From an uncultured Clostridia bacterium (GTDB taxonomy: Bacteria; Bacillota; Clostridia; Christensenellales; UBA1242), in NCBI GenBank assembly GCA_944377365.1, contig CALWEQ010000010.1, positions 4,304 to 68,303 of the forward strand: a stretch of 64,000 nucleotides of DNA. The letters are read 5' to 3'. Below are positions 16,555 to 26,759 of the stretch, in pieces. Both the position numbers and the translations under genes were made by a program. Each line of letters opens with the position of its first letter. Position 1 is the first letter of the stretch. The notes under the pieces are model-generated. The model was not told where the DNA came from. It saw only the letters and a program-made list of their open reading frames with translations, and ran no database searches.

Positions 16555-17376
16555 ATGATAAAACTTATTGTAGATTCTACTGCTTATATTCCAAAAGAAT
16601 TTATTGAAGAAAATGATATTACAGTTGTTCCACTGCACGTGCTATATATGGACAAAGAATTTGAAGAAGGTTTGCCAGGAAGTTATGACGAATTTTTTGA
16701 AAGTTTTACAAAAACAAAATTGTTTCCAAAAACATCACAGCCATCTCCGGAGTCTTTTATAAAGGCATATGACAAAGTGATAGATGAAAAAAACGAGGCT
16801 ATAGTTTTCACAATTTCCGCATCACTTTCTGGGACATATTCTGTGGCAAATTTAGCAAGAGAATCTTGTAAAAATCCTGAAAAAATAACCGTTATTGATT
16901 CTATGAGCACGGGGCAAAATATTTGGGGATATTGCATGGAAGTCATAGAAAAAGCAAACGAAGGATGGAATAGAGAGCAAATAGTAAAGTATATTTCAGC
17001 ATTGCAAGTCAACAGTCAAATATGTTTTGTTCCTGACAGTTTAGAGTATCTTAAAAAAGGTGGAAGAATTGGCAGGGTTAGTGCTACGATTGGGTCTTTG
17101 CTTCAAATTAAACCAATTTTGACTTTTAAACAAGGAACGCTCCTTTGTGCAAAAAAGATTTTTGGAATGGGAAAGGCAATTTCTGATTTGATTGCTATGA
17201 TTCCCGAAAAAACCAAGAGGCTTTTTGCTATTCATATAGCCAACACAAAATTTTTTGATGTTCTATTGCAAAAAATGAAATCGGCATTTCCAAAAACCAA
17301 AATTTACGAAGGTGAGCTAGGGCCGGTCGTAGCAGCCCATATAGGACCTGCTGTAGGGATTTGTTATATATGTTAA
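16555..17376 (+). CDS. DegV family fatty-acid-binding protein
   Basis: MIKLIVDSTAYIPKEF...TSQPSP...GGRIGR is typical of DegV. The ATG at 16555 follows a GGAGG RBS. Confidence 0.85.
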   Translation: MIKLIVDSTAYIPKEFIEENDITVVPLHVLYMDKEFEEGLPGSYDEFFESFTKTKLFPKTSQPSPESFIKAYDKVIDEKNEAIVFTISASLSGTYSVANLARESCKNPEKITVIDSMSTGQNIWGYCMEVIEKANEGWNREQIVKYISALQVNSQICFVPDSLEYLKKGGRIGRVSATIGSLLQIKPILTFKQGTLLCAKKIFGMGKAISDLIAMIPEKTKRLFAIHIANTKFFDVLLQKMKSAFPKTKIYEGELGPVVAAHIGPAVGICYIC

Positions 17377-18077
17377 GAAAATGTGCATTTATTACGGGCG
17401 CTTCTGGTGATATAGGAAGATGTGTAGCTCTTGCTCTTTCCGATGAGGGCTATGATCTTTTTTTATGTGGAAACAAAAACAAAATAGACACAAGTTTAAT
17501 TAAGACAAATGTTGTAGAACTTTATTTTGATCAATCAAAGCCCGATCAAGTGAGAGCGATTTTTAAAAAATTGCAAGAAAAAAACATAAAACTTGACCTA
17601 GTTGTTTGCAATGCTGGCATGGCAGAAGATGAAAAGATGTTGATTGACAAGAATGATGAAGAAATTGACAACATTATAAAGGTAAATTTAAACGGAACCA
17701 TTTATTGCAATAAATACTCAATTCCACTTTTAAAAAAAGGTTCTAGCATAATCAACATATCATCTTTTTTAGGGGTATATGGAGGCAGTTGTGAAGCAAC
17801 ATATTCGGCGTCCAAAGCAGGTGTTGTTGGTTTAACAAAAGCTTTAGCAAAAGAATTGGCTCCGCTTCACATACGCGTAAACTCAATTAGCCCAGGTTTG
17901 ATCGACACAAAAATGAATTCTTGCTTTAACGATGAAGAAAAATCTCGTTTGATAGAAGCAACACCATTAAACAGAATTGGCACTTGTGAGGATGTTGCAA
18001 AAGCAGTTTTATATTTAGCAAACAGCGATTTTGTAACAGGGGAAAATTTGATTGTCAGTGGAGGACTGATTATCTAA
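17370..18077 (+). CDS. SDR family oxidoreductase (FabG-like 3-oxoacyl reductase)
   Basis: ITGASGDIGR cofactor motif, NAG, and catalytic YSASK. Confidence 0.8.
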   Translation: MLRKCAFITGASGDIGRCVALALSDEGYDLFLCGNKNKIDTSLIKTNVVELYFDQSKPDQVRAIFKKLQEKNIKLDLVVCNAGMAEDEKMLIDKNDEEIDNIIKVNLNGTIYCNKYSIPLLKKGSSIINISSFLGVYGGSCEATYSASKAGVVGLTKALAKELAPLHIRVNSISPGLIDTKMNSCFNDEEKSRLIEATPLNRIGTCEDVAKAVLYLANSDFVTGENLIVSGGLII

Positions 18078-18179
18078 AAGAAACAAAATACTAATATGGC
18101 AAAACAAGCTTTTTTTCTACAAAAAGGCTTGTTTTTTTTATGTATAAATAAATTATACTGAAACGTATAGGAGGAGAAA

Positions 18180-18488
18180 ATGAAGGTTAAATCAAGAATA
18201 TACAACGGCACACTCTATTTGCTTCTGTGTGGCGAATTGGACGAACATTCTTCGTCTTATACGCGTGAAGAAATGGACAAAGCTTTTGGAAGTGGAATAT
18301 TTAAACAAATAATAATAGATTTGTCCGAACTAGATTTTATGGATTCCACTGGCATTGGGGTGCTTATTGGAAGATATAAGAAGATGAAGGATCGAAAAAT
18401 TCCAATTTATATTTGCAACCCTTCATCTCATGCTGAAAGAATTTTTAAAATGACTGGGCTATATGATTTAATGCCCAAAATAATTTAG
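18180..18488 (+). CDS. spoIIAA: Anti-sigma-F factor antagonist SpoIIAA (STAS domain)
   Basis: 102 aa. MDSTGIGVLIG sits at the position of the phosphorylatable-Ser motif. It is followed by spoIIAB and sigF. Confidence 0.9.
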   Translation: MKVKSRIYNGTLYLLLCGELDEHSSSYTREEMDKAFGSGIFKQIIIDLSELDFMDSTGIGVLIGRYKKMKDRKIPIYICNPSSHAERIFKMTGLYDLMPKII

Positions 18489-18498
18489 GAGGTTGATC

Positions 18499-18960
18499 GT
18501 GAAACAAGACAATTTTATGGAGATTGAATTTAAAGCTGATTCTATTAATGAGAGTTTTGCAAGAGTTTGTGTTGCTAGCTTTTGTCTTCCGCTTAATCCG
18601 TCTCTTGAAGAAATCAGTGACATTAAAACCGCTGTTTCTGAAGCTGTTACAAACGCCATTGTACACGCATATCCAAAAGGAAATGGTGTTGTGAAGATGA
18701 GGGTAGAGTTAAACAACAACGAAGTTAAAATAACAATTTCGGACAATGGCATAGGGATAAAAGATTTTAAAAAAGCGCGAGAGCCTTTTTATACTACAAA
18801 GCCTGACGAAGAACGCAGTGGAATGGGATTTTCAGTCATGGAAACATTTATGGATGATGTTCAGCTGTTTAAAAATGGTGATAAGGGTTTGCGTGTTGTG
18901 ATGAAAAAGATATGTAGTAGCGCGACTTTGAAAGAAGGCACCTATGCTGGATGCAAATGA
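18499..18960 (+). CDS. spoIIAB: Anti-sigma-F factor SpoIIAB (serine kinase)
   Basis: NESFARVCVASF...EAVTNAIVHAY (N-box) and DNGIGI (G1-box). The GTG at 18499 is 6 nt after a GGAGG RBS. Confidence 0.9.
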   Translation: MKQDNFMEIEFKADSINESFARVCVASFCLPLNPSLEEISDIKTAVSEAVTNAIVHAYPKGNGVVKMRVELNNNEVKITISDNGIGIKDFKKAREPFYTTKPDEERSGMGFSVMETFMDDVQLFKNGDKGLRVVMKKICSSATLKEGTYAGCK

Positions 18961-19663
18961 AATAAAACTCCTAGTTGCGAAAGCACAGAAAGGCGATGAG
19001 GATGCAAAAGATGAGCTTATACAACAAAATTCACCGTTGATTAAAAGCATTATCAAAAGATTTTATGGCAAAGGCCTTGAGTATGATGATTTATATCAAT
19101 TGGGTTGTCTAGGCTTTGTTAAGGCAATAAAAAATTTTAATGCAGAATTTAATGTAAAGTTTTCTACTTATGTAGTGCCGATGGTAATAGGAGAAATAAA
19201 GAGATTTATGCGTGATGATGGAGCAATTAAAGTTTCTCGAGCTATAAAAACATTAAATTTAAAAATAAACAAATTTGTTGAAAAATATTATGCTGAAAAC
19301 AAAGCGTCGCCAACTGTTGAAAACATAGCGAAACATTTTGGAGTAGAAGAAGGGGAAATTGTGATGGCTATGGATTCGGCAAAGATGCCATTGTCATTAT
19401 ATTCGCCAGCTGAAAATTCGCAGAGTGGGGCATTGATTATTGATGGAGTCGATTCCCTTGCAACTGATGAAAATTTAATGGATAAAATTGCAATTCGTGA
19501 AATGCTTTCGTCGTTGTCGAAACGAGATAGGGCGATAATACTAATGAGGTATTTTTATGACAAAACACAAAGTGAAATCGCTCAAAAGTTAAAAATATCA
19601 CAAGTCCAAGTTTCACGCTTAGAAAATCGAATATTAAGCAGTTTGAAAAAAAAGCTGTCATGA
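18944..19663 (+). CDS. sigF: Sporulation sigma factor SigF
   Basis: Sigma-70 regions 2-4 (DLYQLGCLGFVKAIKNF; TQSEIAQKLKISQVQVSRLE). Third gene of the spoIIA operon. Confidence 0.9.
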   Translation: MLDANEIKLLVAKAQKGDEDAKDELIQQNSPLIKSIIKRFYGKGLEYDDLYQLGCLGFVKAIKNFNAEFNVKFSTYVVPMVIGEIKRFMRDDGAIKVSRAIKTLNLKINKFVEKYYAENKASPTVENIAKHFGVEEGEIVMAMDSAKMPLSLYSPAENSQSGALIIDGVDSLATDENLMDKIAIREMLSSLSKRDRAIILMRYFYDKTQSEIAQKLKISQVQVSRLENRILSSLKKKLS

Positions 19664-21043
19664 ATTTGACGGCTTTTTTATTAAATTTTCAATATCTTTG
19701 TTAATGTCTGCTTCTGTTTGTGTGTGACCTTTGACTTTGTGCTCTCCTTGAATTTCTTCTTCGCCATTTGCACTAACTGAGCGAATTTTCATTTCTTCGT
19801 CTTCTGCTTTTATTTCTTCGTCTTCTGAGGAAAAATTATTATCTTGATTTAAACAATTTTTTAATGACATTCTATTTTCATTTGTATGCATAATTCTATG
19901 CTTTTTTATTGGAGGATTTGTTGGCAAAGAACAAATATCGTTTTGTTTTTCGTTGGCTTCCACATTTTCATTTTGAACAGACTCATTTGTTGTCATCGTT
20001 TTATTTACTTTGTCATCATTAATCACTTCATCATGATTAAGCTCGTCTTGTGGTATGTCTAATTCATTGTCAAAATCTTCATCTATCATATTTATACCAT
20101 TTGAACCGTTAAAACGTCTATTGTTACCATTAAATTTGTATGTGTCTATGTTGGTTGCTCCAGGACCATAAGTGTCGGTGTTTCGGTCTGGATTAAATCC
20201 TCCGCGCCAACCATAAGCGCCATTTCCATACCCATAAGGATTGTTAAAAGCATTGTTGTAACCATTTGCATTGCCATAATACGTTGTAGTTGGGTTGTAA
20301 GGATGTTGAGGATAATAGCCATTATTATAGCTATAATTTTGATTTATTGGGATTTGATTTTGAATTTGTGAATTTTGATTAGTTTGTGGTTCAAAATTTT
20401 CTTGATATTCATTTTGACTAGTCTCTATGTTTTCGTTTTCATTTTGATCGGCTTCTAGACCATTTAAAATGTTTTCGATGTTTTCTAGCGTCAATAACAA
20501 ATTTTGCATATAACAATTTCTTGATTCAACACAACATGACAGTCTTGCTAGTTTAACGTTTAATTGTTCGGATTCGTTGTCTTCACCAATTTTATAAATA
20601 GCTTTGGCTGCATTTTTATATTCCGATTTTGTCTTATTTAGATTGGATGTGTATTTTTGCATGCTGGTGGTTAGCTCGTTTATTGTTGCGGTGTTTTCGT
20701 TGCCCAACTTTAAATTTTCTGCAATACTTTTTTTAATATTTACTATTTTTCTATTTATTTTATTCGAAAGTCCTCTTGCACTTGATGCAGCATTTGCCGA
20801 TGATTGATAGGCATCAGAAAGCACTTTGATTTGGGAAGTAGAAGCTTTATCAGAAAATAAACGTGATATATTTTCAATAGCAATATCACTGCTAGGGTCT
20901 TGGTTAATAGAATTCACAGTAGTTGCAGTTCTGTCTAATTGATGAGAAAGTCTGTTTATAACTGCAGATTCGTTAGTTCCTGAACATCCCGCCACTGACA
21001 AAGAAGTTGCTAAAATGCCAGCAAAAATTAAAAGTTTTTTCAT
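19658..21043 (-). CDS. Hypothetical lipoprotein with a helical N-domain, an N/Q/Y/G-rich low-complexity core and an acidic C-terminal region
   Basis: Lipobox LSVAGC after MKKLLIFAGILATS. The core is QNQIPINQNYSYNNGYYPQHPYNPTTTYYGNANGYNNAFNNPYGYGNGAYGW. I recognise no family. Confidence 0.6.
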   Translation of the reverse strand: MKKLLIFAGILATSLSVAGCSGTNESAVINRLSHQLDRTATTVNSINQDPSSDIAIENISRLFSDKASTSQIKVLSDAYQSSANAASSARGLSNKINRKIVNIKKSIAENLKLGNENTATINELTTSMQKYTSNLNKTKSEYKNAAKAIYKIGEDNESEQLNVKLARLSCCVESRNCYMQNLLLTLENIENILNGLEADQNENENIETSQNEYQENFEPQTNQNSQIQNQIPINQNYSYNNGYYPQHPYNPTTTYYGNANGYNNAFNNPYGYGNGAYGWRGGFNPDRNTDTYGPGATNIDTYKFNGNNRRFNGSNGINMIDEDFDNELDIPQDELNHDEVINDDKVNKTMTTNESVQNENVEANEKQNDICSLPTNPPIKKHRIMHTNENRMSLKNCLNQDNNFSSEDEEIKAEDEEMKIRSVSANGEEEIQGEHKVKGHTQTEADINKDIENLIKKPSNS

Positions 21044-21130
21044 AAAACCTCCTTTACGTGTTTATTTTGAGCAATAATATGAGAAATATAACAATCCAAC
21101 GATTTTGTTTGTTTAATCTTTAACTCCATG

Positions 21131-21159
21131 TTGACAGGACAAGAAATATATGATATATT
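21131..21159 (+). promoter_or_regulatory. Sigma-A-type promoter (extended -10) for the gene at 21190
   Basis: TTGACA (21131-21136), 17 nt, TATATT (21154-21159), with TG at 21151-21152. Confidence 0.55.
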
Positions 21160-21189
21160 TACTATGTATAGAAGCGGGGGGAGATAATT

Positions 21190-21759
21190 ATGGATAATGA
21201 AAAATTAACAAAAAAATCATTAAATAAGGTAAGGAAAAATCGAAAAAACATGATTAAAAGTAGATCAATTTACAGTAAAGCATCAAACTTAAAAAATGTA
21301 GGGCAACTATCTTTGTTGCTAACAGGTATTTCGGCTTTGATAGCAATTCCGCTTGCAGATATTACATATGAAACTTATAAAAAAGTAATTAACCAAGAAG
21401 AAAATCAACATAAATTGGTTGAAGTATTAAATGAGCAGGAGAGCAAAGTATATCAACAATACTTACAAAATGAAATCGATTATGAACAATATATTAATAA
21501 AATAGAGCATATAAATTCGAACAAAAGTAAATTGCAAATAATCAAACGACATTCAAATAATCAGGTAAAAGAAGAATTAGATGGTGCTTATAAAATTAGT
21601 AAAGGTGCTAAAGGTTTGGCTGTTTGTGGGGGTATAGCTGGATGTATAGGGATTACTTCTGTTTTGGCTTCTAAAATCGAATATAAAAAGAAAGAAAAAG
21701 AGATGTCAAAAAAAATGTGTGAAAAAAAATTGGATGAAGAAGATTTTGCTTTCCAATAA
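21190..21759 (+). CDS. Hypothetical membrane protein (two predicted TM segments, coiled-coil-like middle)
   Basis: The hydrophobic stretches LSLLLTGISALIAIPLA and GLAVCGGIAGCIGITSVLA flank a Q/E/K-rich segment. GGGGGAG RBS. I recognise no family. Confidence 0.5.
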   Translation: MDNEKLTKKSLNKVRKNRKNMIKSRSIYSKASNLKNVGQLSLLLTGISALIAIPLADITYETYKKVINQEENQHKLVEVLNEQESKVYQQYLQNEIDYEQYINKIEHINSNKSKLQIIKRHSNNQVKEELDGAYKISKGAKGLAVCGGIAGCIGITSVLASKIEYKKKEKEMSKKMCEKKLDEEDFAFQ

Positions 21760-21938
21760 AAAACAAAAAGTTTGTGTGTCAACAATGAAAATAAAACAAG
21801 TCAGTAGTGCTTAGTGAAATGCGTTAACACACAAAAATTTCAAACGCTAAACAAAAAATTAAAATCTGCCCAAGAATATGGCAGATTTTTTTTGTTTATG
21901 CAGTCAAAAAAATGGCAAAGATTATATGGGAGAAAATC

Positions 21939-22394
21939 ATGAAAAATGAAAAATTAAATCAAGCTTATAAGGCTTATGTTGAAGCGAGAATACCGAAAAC
22001 AAAGCCGTGGCCTTCTCTTTTTAATTCGTTTTGGGTAGGAGGATTAATTTGTCTTTTAGGTCAAGGAGTAAACGAATTGTTGCTTTATTTATTTCCAAAT
22101 ATGGCAGAACAAAGTGCTTGGGCATGGACTCTTATTGTGTTGATATTTTTAGCATCTTTTTTGACAGCGATAGGGGTGTATGACAAGATTGGCAAATTTG
22201 CTGGTGGAGGGAGCATAGTGCCAATCACAGGTTTTTCAAATTCTATAACTTCTCCTGCTATTGAGTTTAAACACGAAGGTGTTGTTTACGGAACATGTGT
22301 AAAAATGTTTACCATAGCAGGCCCTGTGATTGTCACTGGGATAGTTTCAAGTGTAATTGTTGGTATTATTTATTATATAGTGGGGTTAGTATAG
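21939..22394 (+). CDS. spoVAC: Stage V sporulation protein AC
   Basis: SFWVGGLICLLGQG...GGGSIVPITGFSNS is typical of SpoVAC. The ATG at 21939 follows a GGGAG RBS. Confidence 0.88.
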   Translation: MKNEKLNQAYKAYVEARIPKTKPWPSLFNSFWVGGLICLLGQGVNELLLYLFPNMAEQSAWAWTLIVLIFLASFLTAIGVYDKIGKFAGGGSIVPITGFSNSITSPAIEFKHEGVVYGTCVKMFTIAGPVIVTGIVSSVIVGIIYYIVGLV

Positions 22395-23386
22395 TGCAAA
22401 CAATTGAGTTAAGAAATCGTCCAAAAATAATAGGAAGTTATTCAATAGTTGGTCCTAAAGAGGGGAAGGGGCCGTTTGGCAAGTATTTTGATTATGTCAT
22501 GAAAGACGATAGATTGGGCGAGAAAACATATGAACAGACAGAATGCAAAATGCTGGAGCTTGCTATAACAGGAGCAGTGCAAAATGCAGGTCTTATGATT
22601 AGTGATATAAATCTTTTGCTTGCGGGTGACTTGTTAAATCAAATTATATCATCGTCTTATGCAGCACGTGCTTTCAATATGCCGTATTTGGGATTGTTTG
22701 GGGCTTGTTCTACTATGGCAGAATCTCTTGCAATAGGTGCGATATTGGTTAATGGCGAACATTTCAAAAACGTCGCATGTGCCACAGGTTCGCATTTTTC
22801 AACCGCTGAACGTCAGTTTCGTTTTCCGTTGGAGCTGGGTTGCCAACGAGTTCCAACGTCGCAATGGACTGTAACGGGTTCGGGCGCAAGCATAGTTTCA
22901 TTAGACGGGAATGGCCCGGTAATAAGTATGGTGACGTTTGGAAAGGTTATTGATCTTGGCATAAATGATGTCAACAACATGGGTGCCGCCATGGCTCCGG
23001 CGGCAGCAGACACATTAAGCTCTCATTTTGAAGATACAAAAACAAAACCAGAAGATTATGATTTGATTCTTACTGGCGATTTGGGTAAGTTAGGATCAGA
23101 AATATTGGTTGATTTGATGGAAGCTAAAGGTTTTAAGTTGGGAAAAAACTACAGTGATTGTGGCCATAGCTACTACACTCGAAATCAAGACACAATGTGC
23201 GGTGGTAGTGGATGTGGTGCTAGTGCAACGGTATTAAACAGCTATATTGTAAAAAAAATGAAACAAAGAATATTCAAAAAAGTGTTGTTTTTACCAACAG
23301 GCGCATTGATGTCGACAACTGCTAGTCAGCAGGGTGAAACAATACCAGGGGTATGTCATGCCATTGTGTTAGAAGCGGAGGAATAA
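22394..23386 (+). CDS. spoVAD: Stage V sporulation protein AD
   Basis: VQTIELRNRPKIIGSYSIVGPKEGKGPFGKYFD is the typical SpoVAD N-terminus. The GTG start overlaps the spoVAC stop by 1 nt; the longer ORF start at 22295 lies inside spoVAC. Confidence 0.88.
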   Translation: MQTIELRNRPKIIGSYSIVGPKEGKGPFGKYFDYVMKDDRLGEKTYEQTECKMLELAITGAVQNAGLMISDINLLLAGDLLNQIISSSYAARAFNMPYLGLFGACSTMAESLAIGAILVNGEHFKNVACATGSHFSTAERQFRFPLELGCQRVPTSQWTVTGSGASIVSLDGNGPVISMVTFGKVIDLGINDVNNMGAAMAPAAADTLSSHFEDTKTKPEDYDLILTGDLGKLGSEILVDLMEAKGFKLGKNYSDCGHSYYTRNQDTMCGGSGCGASATVLNSYIVKKMKQRIFKKVLFLPTGALMSTTASQQGETIPGVCHAIVLEAEE

Positions 23387-23740
23387 ATGGAATATTTATG
23401 GGTGTTTTTGATTGGTGGAGCAATATGTATGCTCGGTCAGCTTTTAATAATAACGACAAAAATTACTTCAGCTCGCATATTAGTTTTGTTTGTTTTAATA
23501 GGCGTAGTGTTGCAGGCGTTTAATATATTTGACGCTTTGTCGCAATTTGCTCAAGCGGGAATAAATGTGCCAATAGTTGGCTTTGGGGCATCGCTTGCTA
23601 AAGGCGCAATGTCTGGTGTGGAATCAAGGGGGCTGTTAGGAGCTCTGACAGGTGGATTGGAGGCAACTGCAGGAGGCATCGCAGCTGCTGTGATCTTTGC
23701 TTTTATATTTTCTCTTATTTCTAAGTCAAAAACAAAATAA
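23387..23740 (+). CDS. spoVAE: Stage V sporulation protein AE (SpoVAEB type)
   Basis: 117-aa membrane protein with FLIGGAICMLGQLL...VPIVGFGASLAKGA. Third gene of the spoVA cluster. Confidence 0.85.
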   Translation: MEYLWVFLIGGAICMLGQLLIITTKITSARILVLFVLIGVVLQAFNIFDALSQFAQAGINVPIVGFGASLAKGAMSGVESRGLLGALTGGLEATAGGIAAAVIFAFIFSLISKSKTK

Positions 23741-23895
23741 CACAACATATATGTTGTATAATGACATAACACACCATATATTTTGTGTTTTATTATAAAT
23801 AATCAAACATTTTATTTTTTTTTTGATAATGATTTTTTTTTATTTTTAGAAAATGTTTTTGAGAACATTTTAAATTTTGTTTCATATATTAAAAT

Positions 23896-24552
23896 ATGAA
23901 GTGTGTCAAGAACAAAAGATTAAGCCTAAAGACCAAGGCTTACATTTGTCTTGGCGTTATTTTGTTTGCGTGTTTATGCGGATTTTTGTATTTTCAATAT
24001 GTTGTTGCACCACTTGTCGCCGATGTGTCTTATGCGCAAGTTGATTCTGTGGCTACTACTATGATTAGTGACGCTATTTATGATGTCATTCAGGAGGAAA
24101 AATATCAGTACACTGATTTTATGGAGGTGTCTAAACTTCCTGATGATACTATAGGATTTATTTCAGCCAACACTATTACGCTAAACAATTTTGCTCGAGA
24201 AATTTCGACTAAGGCACAAATTTATTTAGATACTGTAGGCTCTTATCCAATACCAATACCGCTGGGAACTTTTACAGGCATTACAGCTCTTTCTGGTATA
24301 GGGCCAAAAATAAATGTTCATGTCGTACCCATAGGATCTGTCATAACATCTTTTAGGTCAAGTTTTGTGGAAGCAGGCATTAACCAAACAATACATTCGC
24401 TTTATATTGATGTAAATGTTACATTAAGTGTTATTCTTCCTCTCAACACAAAAAACATGAGCTTTGTAACGCAGGTGTTGATTTGTGAGCACTATATTAA
24501 TGGTAAAGTTCCAGAAGTATATCTTAATTTTGGCAATTCAGTTTTTAAGTAG
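23896..24552 (+). CDS. yunB: Sporulation protein YunB
   Basis: N-terminal TM segment, then PIPLGTFTGITALSGIGPKINVHVVPIGSV...FVEAGINQTIHSLYIDV, matching the YunB family pattern as I recall it. Confidence 0.7.
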   Translation: MKCVKNKRLSLKTKAYICLGVILFACLCGFLYFQYVVAPLVADVSYAQVDSVATTMISDAIYDVIQEEKYQYTDFMEVSKLPDDTIGFISANTITLNNFAREISTKAQIYLDTVGSYPIPIPLGTFTGITALSGIGPKINVHVVPIGSVITSFRSSFVEAGINQTIHSLYIDVNVTLSVILPLNTKNMSFVTQVLICEHYINGKVPEVYLNFGNSVFK

Positions 24553-25422
24553 AAAATCGTTGGGGAAGGGAGCTGTTATTGTCTTTCTAAAGCGAAGAAG
24601 TGGCAAATCTAATTTTGCTTTTTGGCAATGTAGTAATGCACGACAGCCTTTTCCGTTTCCATATAAGTCGTCTCCAACAAGTGGAAAGCCTAGTGCTGAC
24701 ATATGAACTCGTATTTGATGTGTTCTGCCTGTTTCTAAGTTTATTTTTAGTAATGTCTTATTCTTTATTGTTTTGATTTTTTTTACAATAGTTTTGGCAG
24801 GCTTCTCATCAATCTTATATCCAGAATTTAGCAAGTCGGTTTTTTGTTTTTTGTCAAGAACAACTCTTTTCCTTTGGTTAATTCCATCTTTTGATATTGT
24901 TGAAATAGGCAGATTGATTTCAATTTCATTAAATGGAAAAACACCTTCACAAATTGCATAATATGTTTTTTCTACAGTAAGGTTTTCAGCAGTCAACCGA
25001 TCTTTTGCAACAACTACGATTCCAGAAGTTTGCTTGTCTAACCTTCCTATCGCACGATAAACATAATTTTGCCCAAGATAAGAACATACAGCATTTGCGA
25101 GATTATTGTTAAAATTTGATTTTGAAGGAATGCAGGAAAGATTTGCCGGTTTATCAATTACTAAAACTGCATCATTTTCAAACAATATATCAATATTAAA
25201 ATTTGAATAAGGCAAATTTGAACCAATTTCGTCTTGTAAGTAAATTTCAATTTTATCAAGCCTTTTCACTGGAGTTTGAGTTGTCGCTGGTTTTGAATTA
25301 ATTAATATTCTACCATCTTTTTTTCGCAAAAAAGAAATAAGTGATTCTGACAAGCCTTTATCTTTTAAAGCGTAATAGCACTTAGGGTATGTTTTTAATG
25401 ATTTAAAGATGTATGATTTCAT
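24538..25422 (-). CDS. RluA family pseudouridine synthase
   Basis: GRLDKQTSGIVVVAKD catalytic motif and GRTHQIRVHMSALGFPLVGDDLYG. The start is the ATG at 25422; the ORF track extension is hydrophobic junk. Confidence 0.85.
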   Translation of the reverse strand: MKSYIFKSLKTYPKCYYALKDKGLSESLISFLRKKDGRILINSKPATTQTPVKRLDKIEIYLQDEIGSNLPYSNFNIDILFENDAVLVIDKPANLSCIPSKSNFNNNLANAVCSYLGQNYVYRAIGRLDKQTSGIVVVAKDRLTAENLTVEKTYYAICEGVFPFNEIEINLPISTISKDGINQRKRVVLDKKQKTDLLNSGYKIDEKPAKTIVKKIKTIKNKTLLKINLETGRTHQIRVHMSALGFPLVGDDLYGNGKGCRALLHCQKAKLDLPLLRFRKTITAPFPNDFLLKN

Positions 25423-25516
25423 AAAAAAATTATAGCATATTGCTTGACAAGAATTAAGCAAATTTGTAAAATTAAAACATAAAAAGCGAAGATAAAGGAG
25501 TAGTAGCTTTTTCAAA

Positions 25517-25728
25517 ACGTGATTGCAGAGAGGTTCATGCTTGCTGGAATTGAACCATCACGAAAAAAGTGAATTCACCTTTTAGCTGTTCGGCAGAAGC
25601 TTTGTTGTGTGTAAGCTGGATCGGTGGCGACCGTAATATCGCAAGATGAGGGTCTAGTTAGACTGAAGTTAGGTGGTAACGCGTGGAAGTTTTCTCTCGC
25701 CCTAATATGATGGGTGAGAGATTTTTTT
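25517..25728 (+). promoter_or_regulatory. T-box riboswitch leader (Phe specifier UUC) with terminator/antiterminator, controlling pheST
   Basis: Stem I starts with TGATTGCAGAGAGG. GAA-UUC-A in the specifier position (UUC at 25574-25576). T-box sequence AGGTGGTAACGCG at 25671-25683. Terminator TCTCTCGCCC/GGGTGAGAGA plus a T-run at 25693-25728. Confidence 0.85.
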
Positions 25729-25739
25729 AAGGAGATGAA

Positions 25740-26759
25740 ATGGAAGAAAAATTAATCGATATTTTAAATAGGGCGCAAAATGAATTAAAAGAAATTTCAA
25801 CTAAAGATCAACTTGTTGATTTTAAAGTCAAATTTTTAGGCAAACAAGGTGAGCTTACAAGTGTTTTGCGTGGAATGAGAGATGTTGCTCCTGAGGATAG
25901 ACCAAAAATTGGGGCTATGATAAATGAATTGCGTGAGAAAATTGAAAATGCTTATGCTCAAAAAGAAGAATATTTCAACAAACTCGAGCTCGAAAAGGAA
26001 TTGGCAAGAGGTGCCATTGACATAACTGAACCTGGAAAAAATCATGAAAGAGGGGCGCTTCATCCTACTACAAGAATGTTTAACAAGATGATTGACATTT
26101 GTGTTGCAATGGGGTTTAAGGTTGTCGAAGGCCCCGAAATAGAGTCAGATTATTACAATTTCGAGGGACTAAACATTCCGAAAAATCATCCTTCAAGGGA
26201 TATGCAGGACACCTTTTTCATAACTGAAAACATATTGCTAAGGTCACAAACTTCATCTGTTCAAGTTAGGAGTATGGAAACTCTTAAACCTCCATTTAAA
26301 ATAATTTCACCAGGAAGAGTTTACCGAAACGATAGTGATGCAACACATTCGCCTGTTTTTCATCAGCTTGAAGCTTTGGTAGTTGATCAGAATGTTTCTA
26401 TGTCAGATTTAAAAACTATGCTGACGGATATTATGAAGAAGATATTTGGGGAAGAAACGACAATAAGATTTCGTCCAAGCTTTTTCCCATTTACTGAACC
26501 AAGTGTTGAAGTTGACGTAAGTTGCCCAACTTGTAATGGCAAAGGTTGTAAGGTCTGCAAGGGGACAGGTTTCCTTGAATTGCTTGGAGCTGGCATTGTA
26601 AATCCAAAAGTGCTTGAAATGTCGGGTATTGACAGCAAAAAATATCGTGGCTTTGCTTTTGGCTTTGGTGTTGACAGATTTGCTATGGTTTATGACGGAA
26701 TAACTGATCTAAGAAACATGTTTAAAAATGACATCAGATTTTTAAAGCAGATGAAATAG
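25740..26759 (+). CDS. pheS: Phenylalanine--tRNA ligase alpha subunit
   Basis: Class II synthetase motifs (HPSRDMQDTFF, FRPSFFPFTEPS, GFAFGFGVDR); 339 aa. Confidence 0.95.
   Translation: MEEKLIDILNRAQNELKEISTKDQLVDFKVKFLGKQGELTSVLRGMRDVAPEDRPKIGAMINELREKIENAYAQKEEYFNKLELEKELARGAIDITEPGKNHERGALHPTTRMFNKMIDICVAMGFKVVEGPEIESDYYNFEGLNIPKNHPSRDMQDTFFITENILLRSQTSSVQVRSMETLKPPFKIISPGRVYRNDSDATHSPVFHQLEALVVDQNVSMSDLKTMLTDIMKKIFGEETTIRFRPSFFPFTEPSVEVDVSCPTCNGKGCKVCKGTGFLELLGAGIVNPKVLEMSGIDSKKYRGFAFGFGVDRFAMVYDGITDLRNMFKNDIRFLKQMK

Noticed and set aside
18108-18179. A sigma-H or Spo0A-dependent promoter for spoIIAA
   Set aside because: After the upstream terminator I found only a weak TTGTTT...TATACT pair with a 19-nt spacer. 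There is no GAAT -10 element or clear 0A box, so the evidence is insufficient to annotate.
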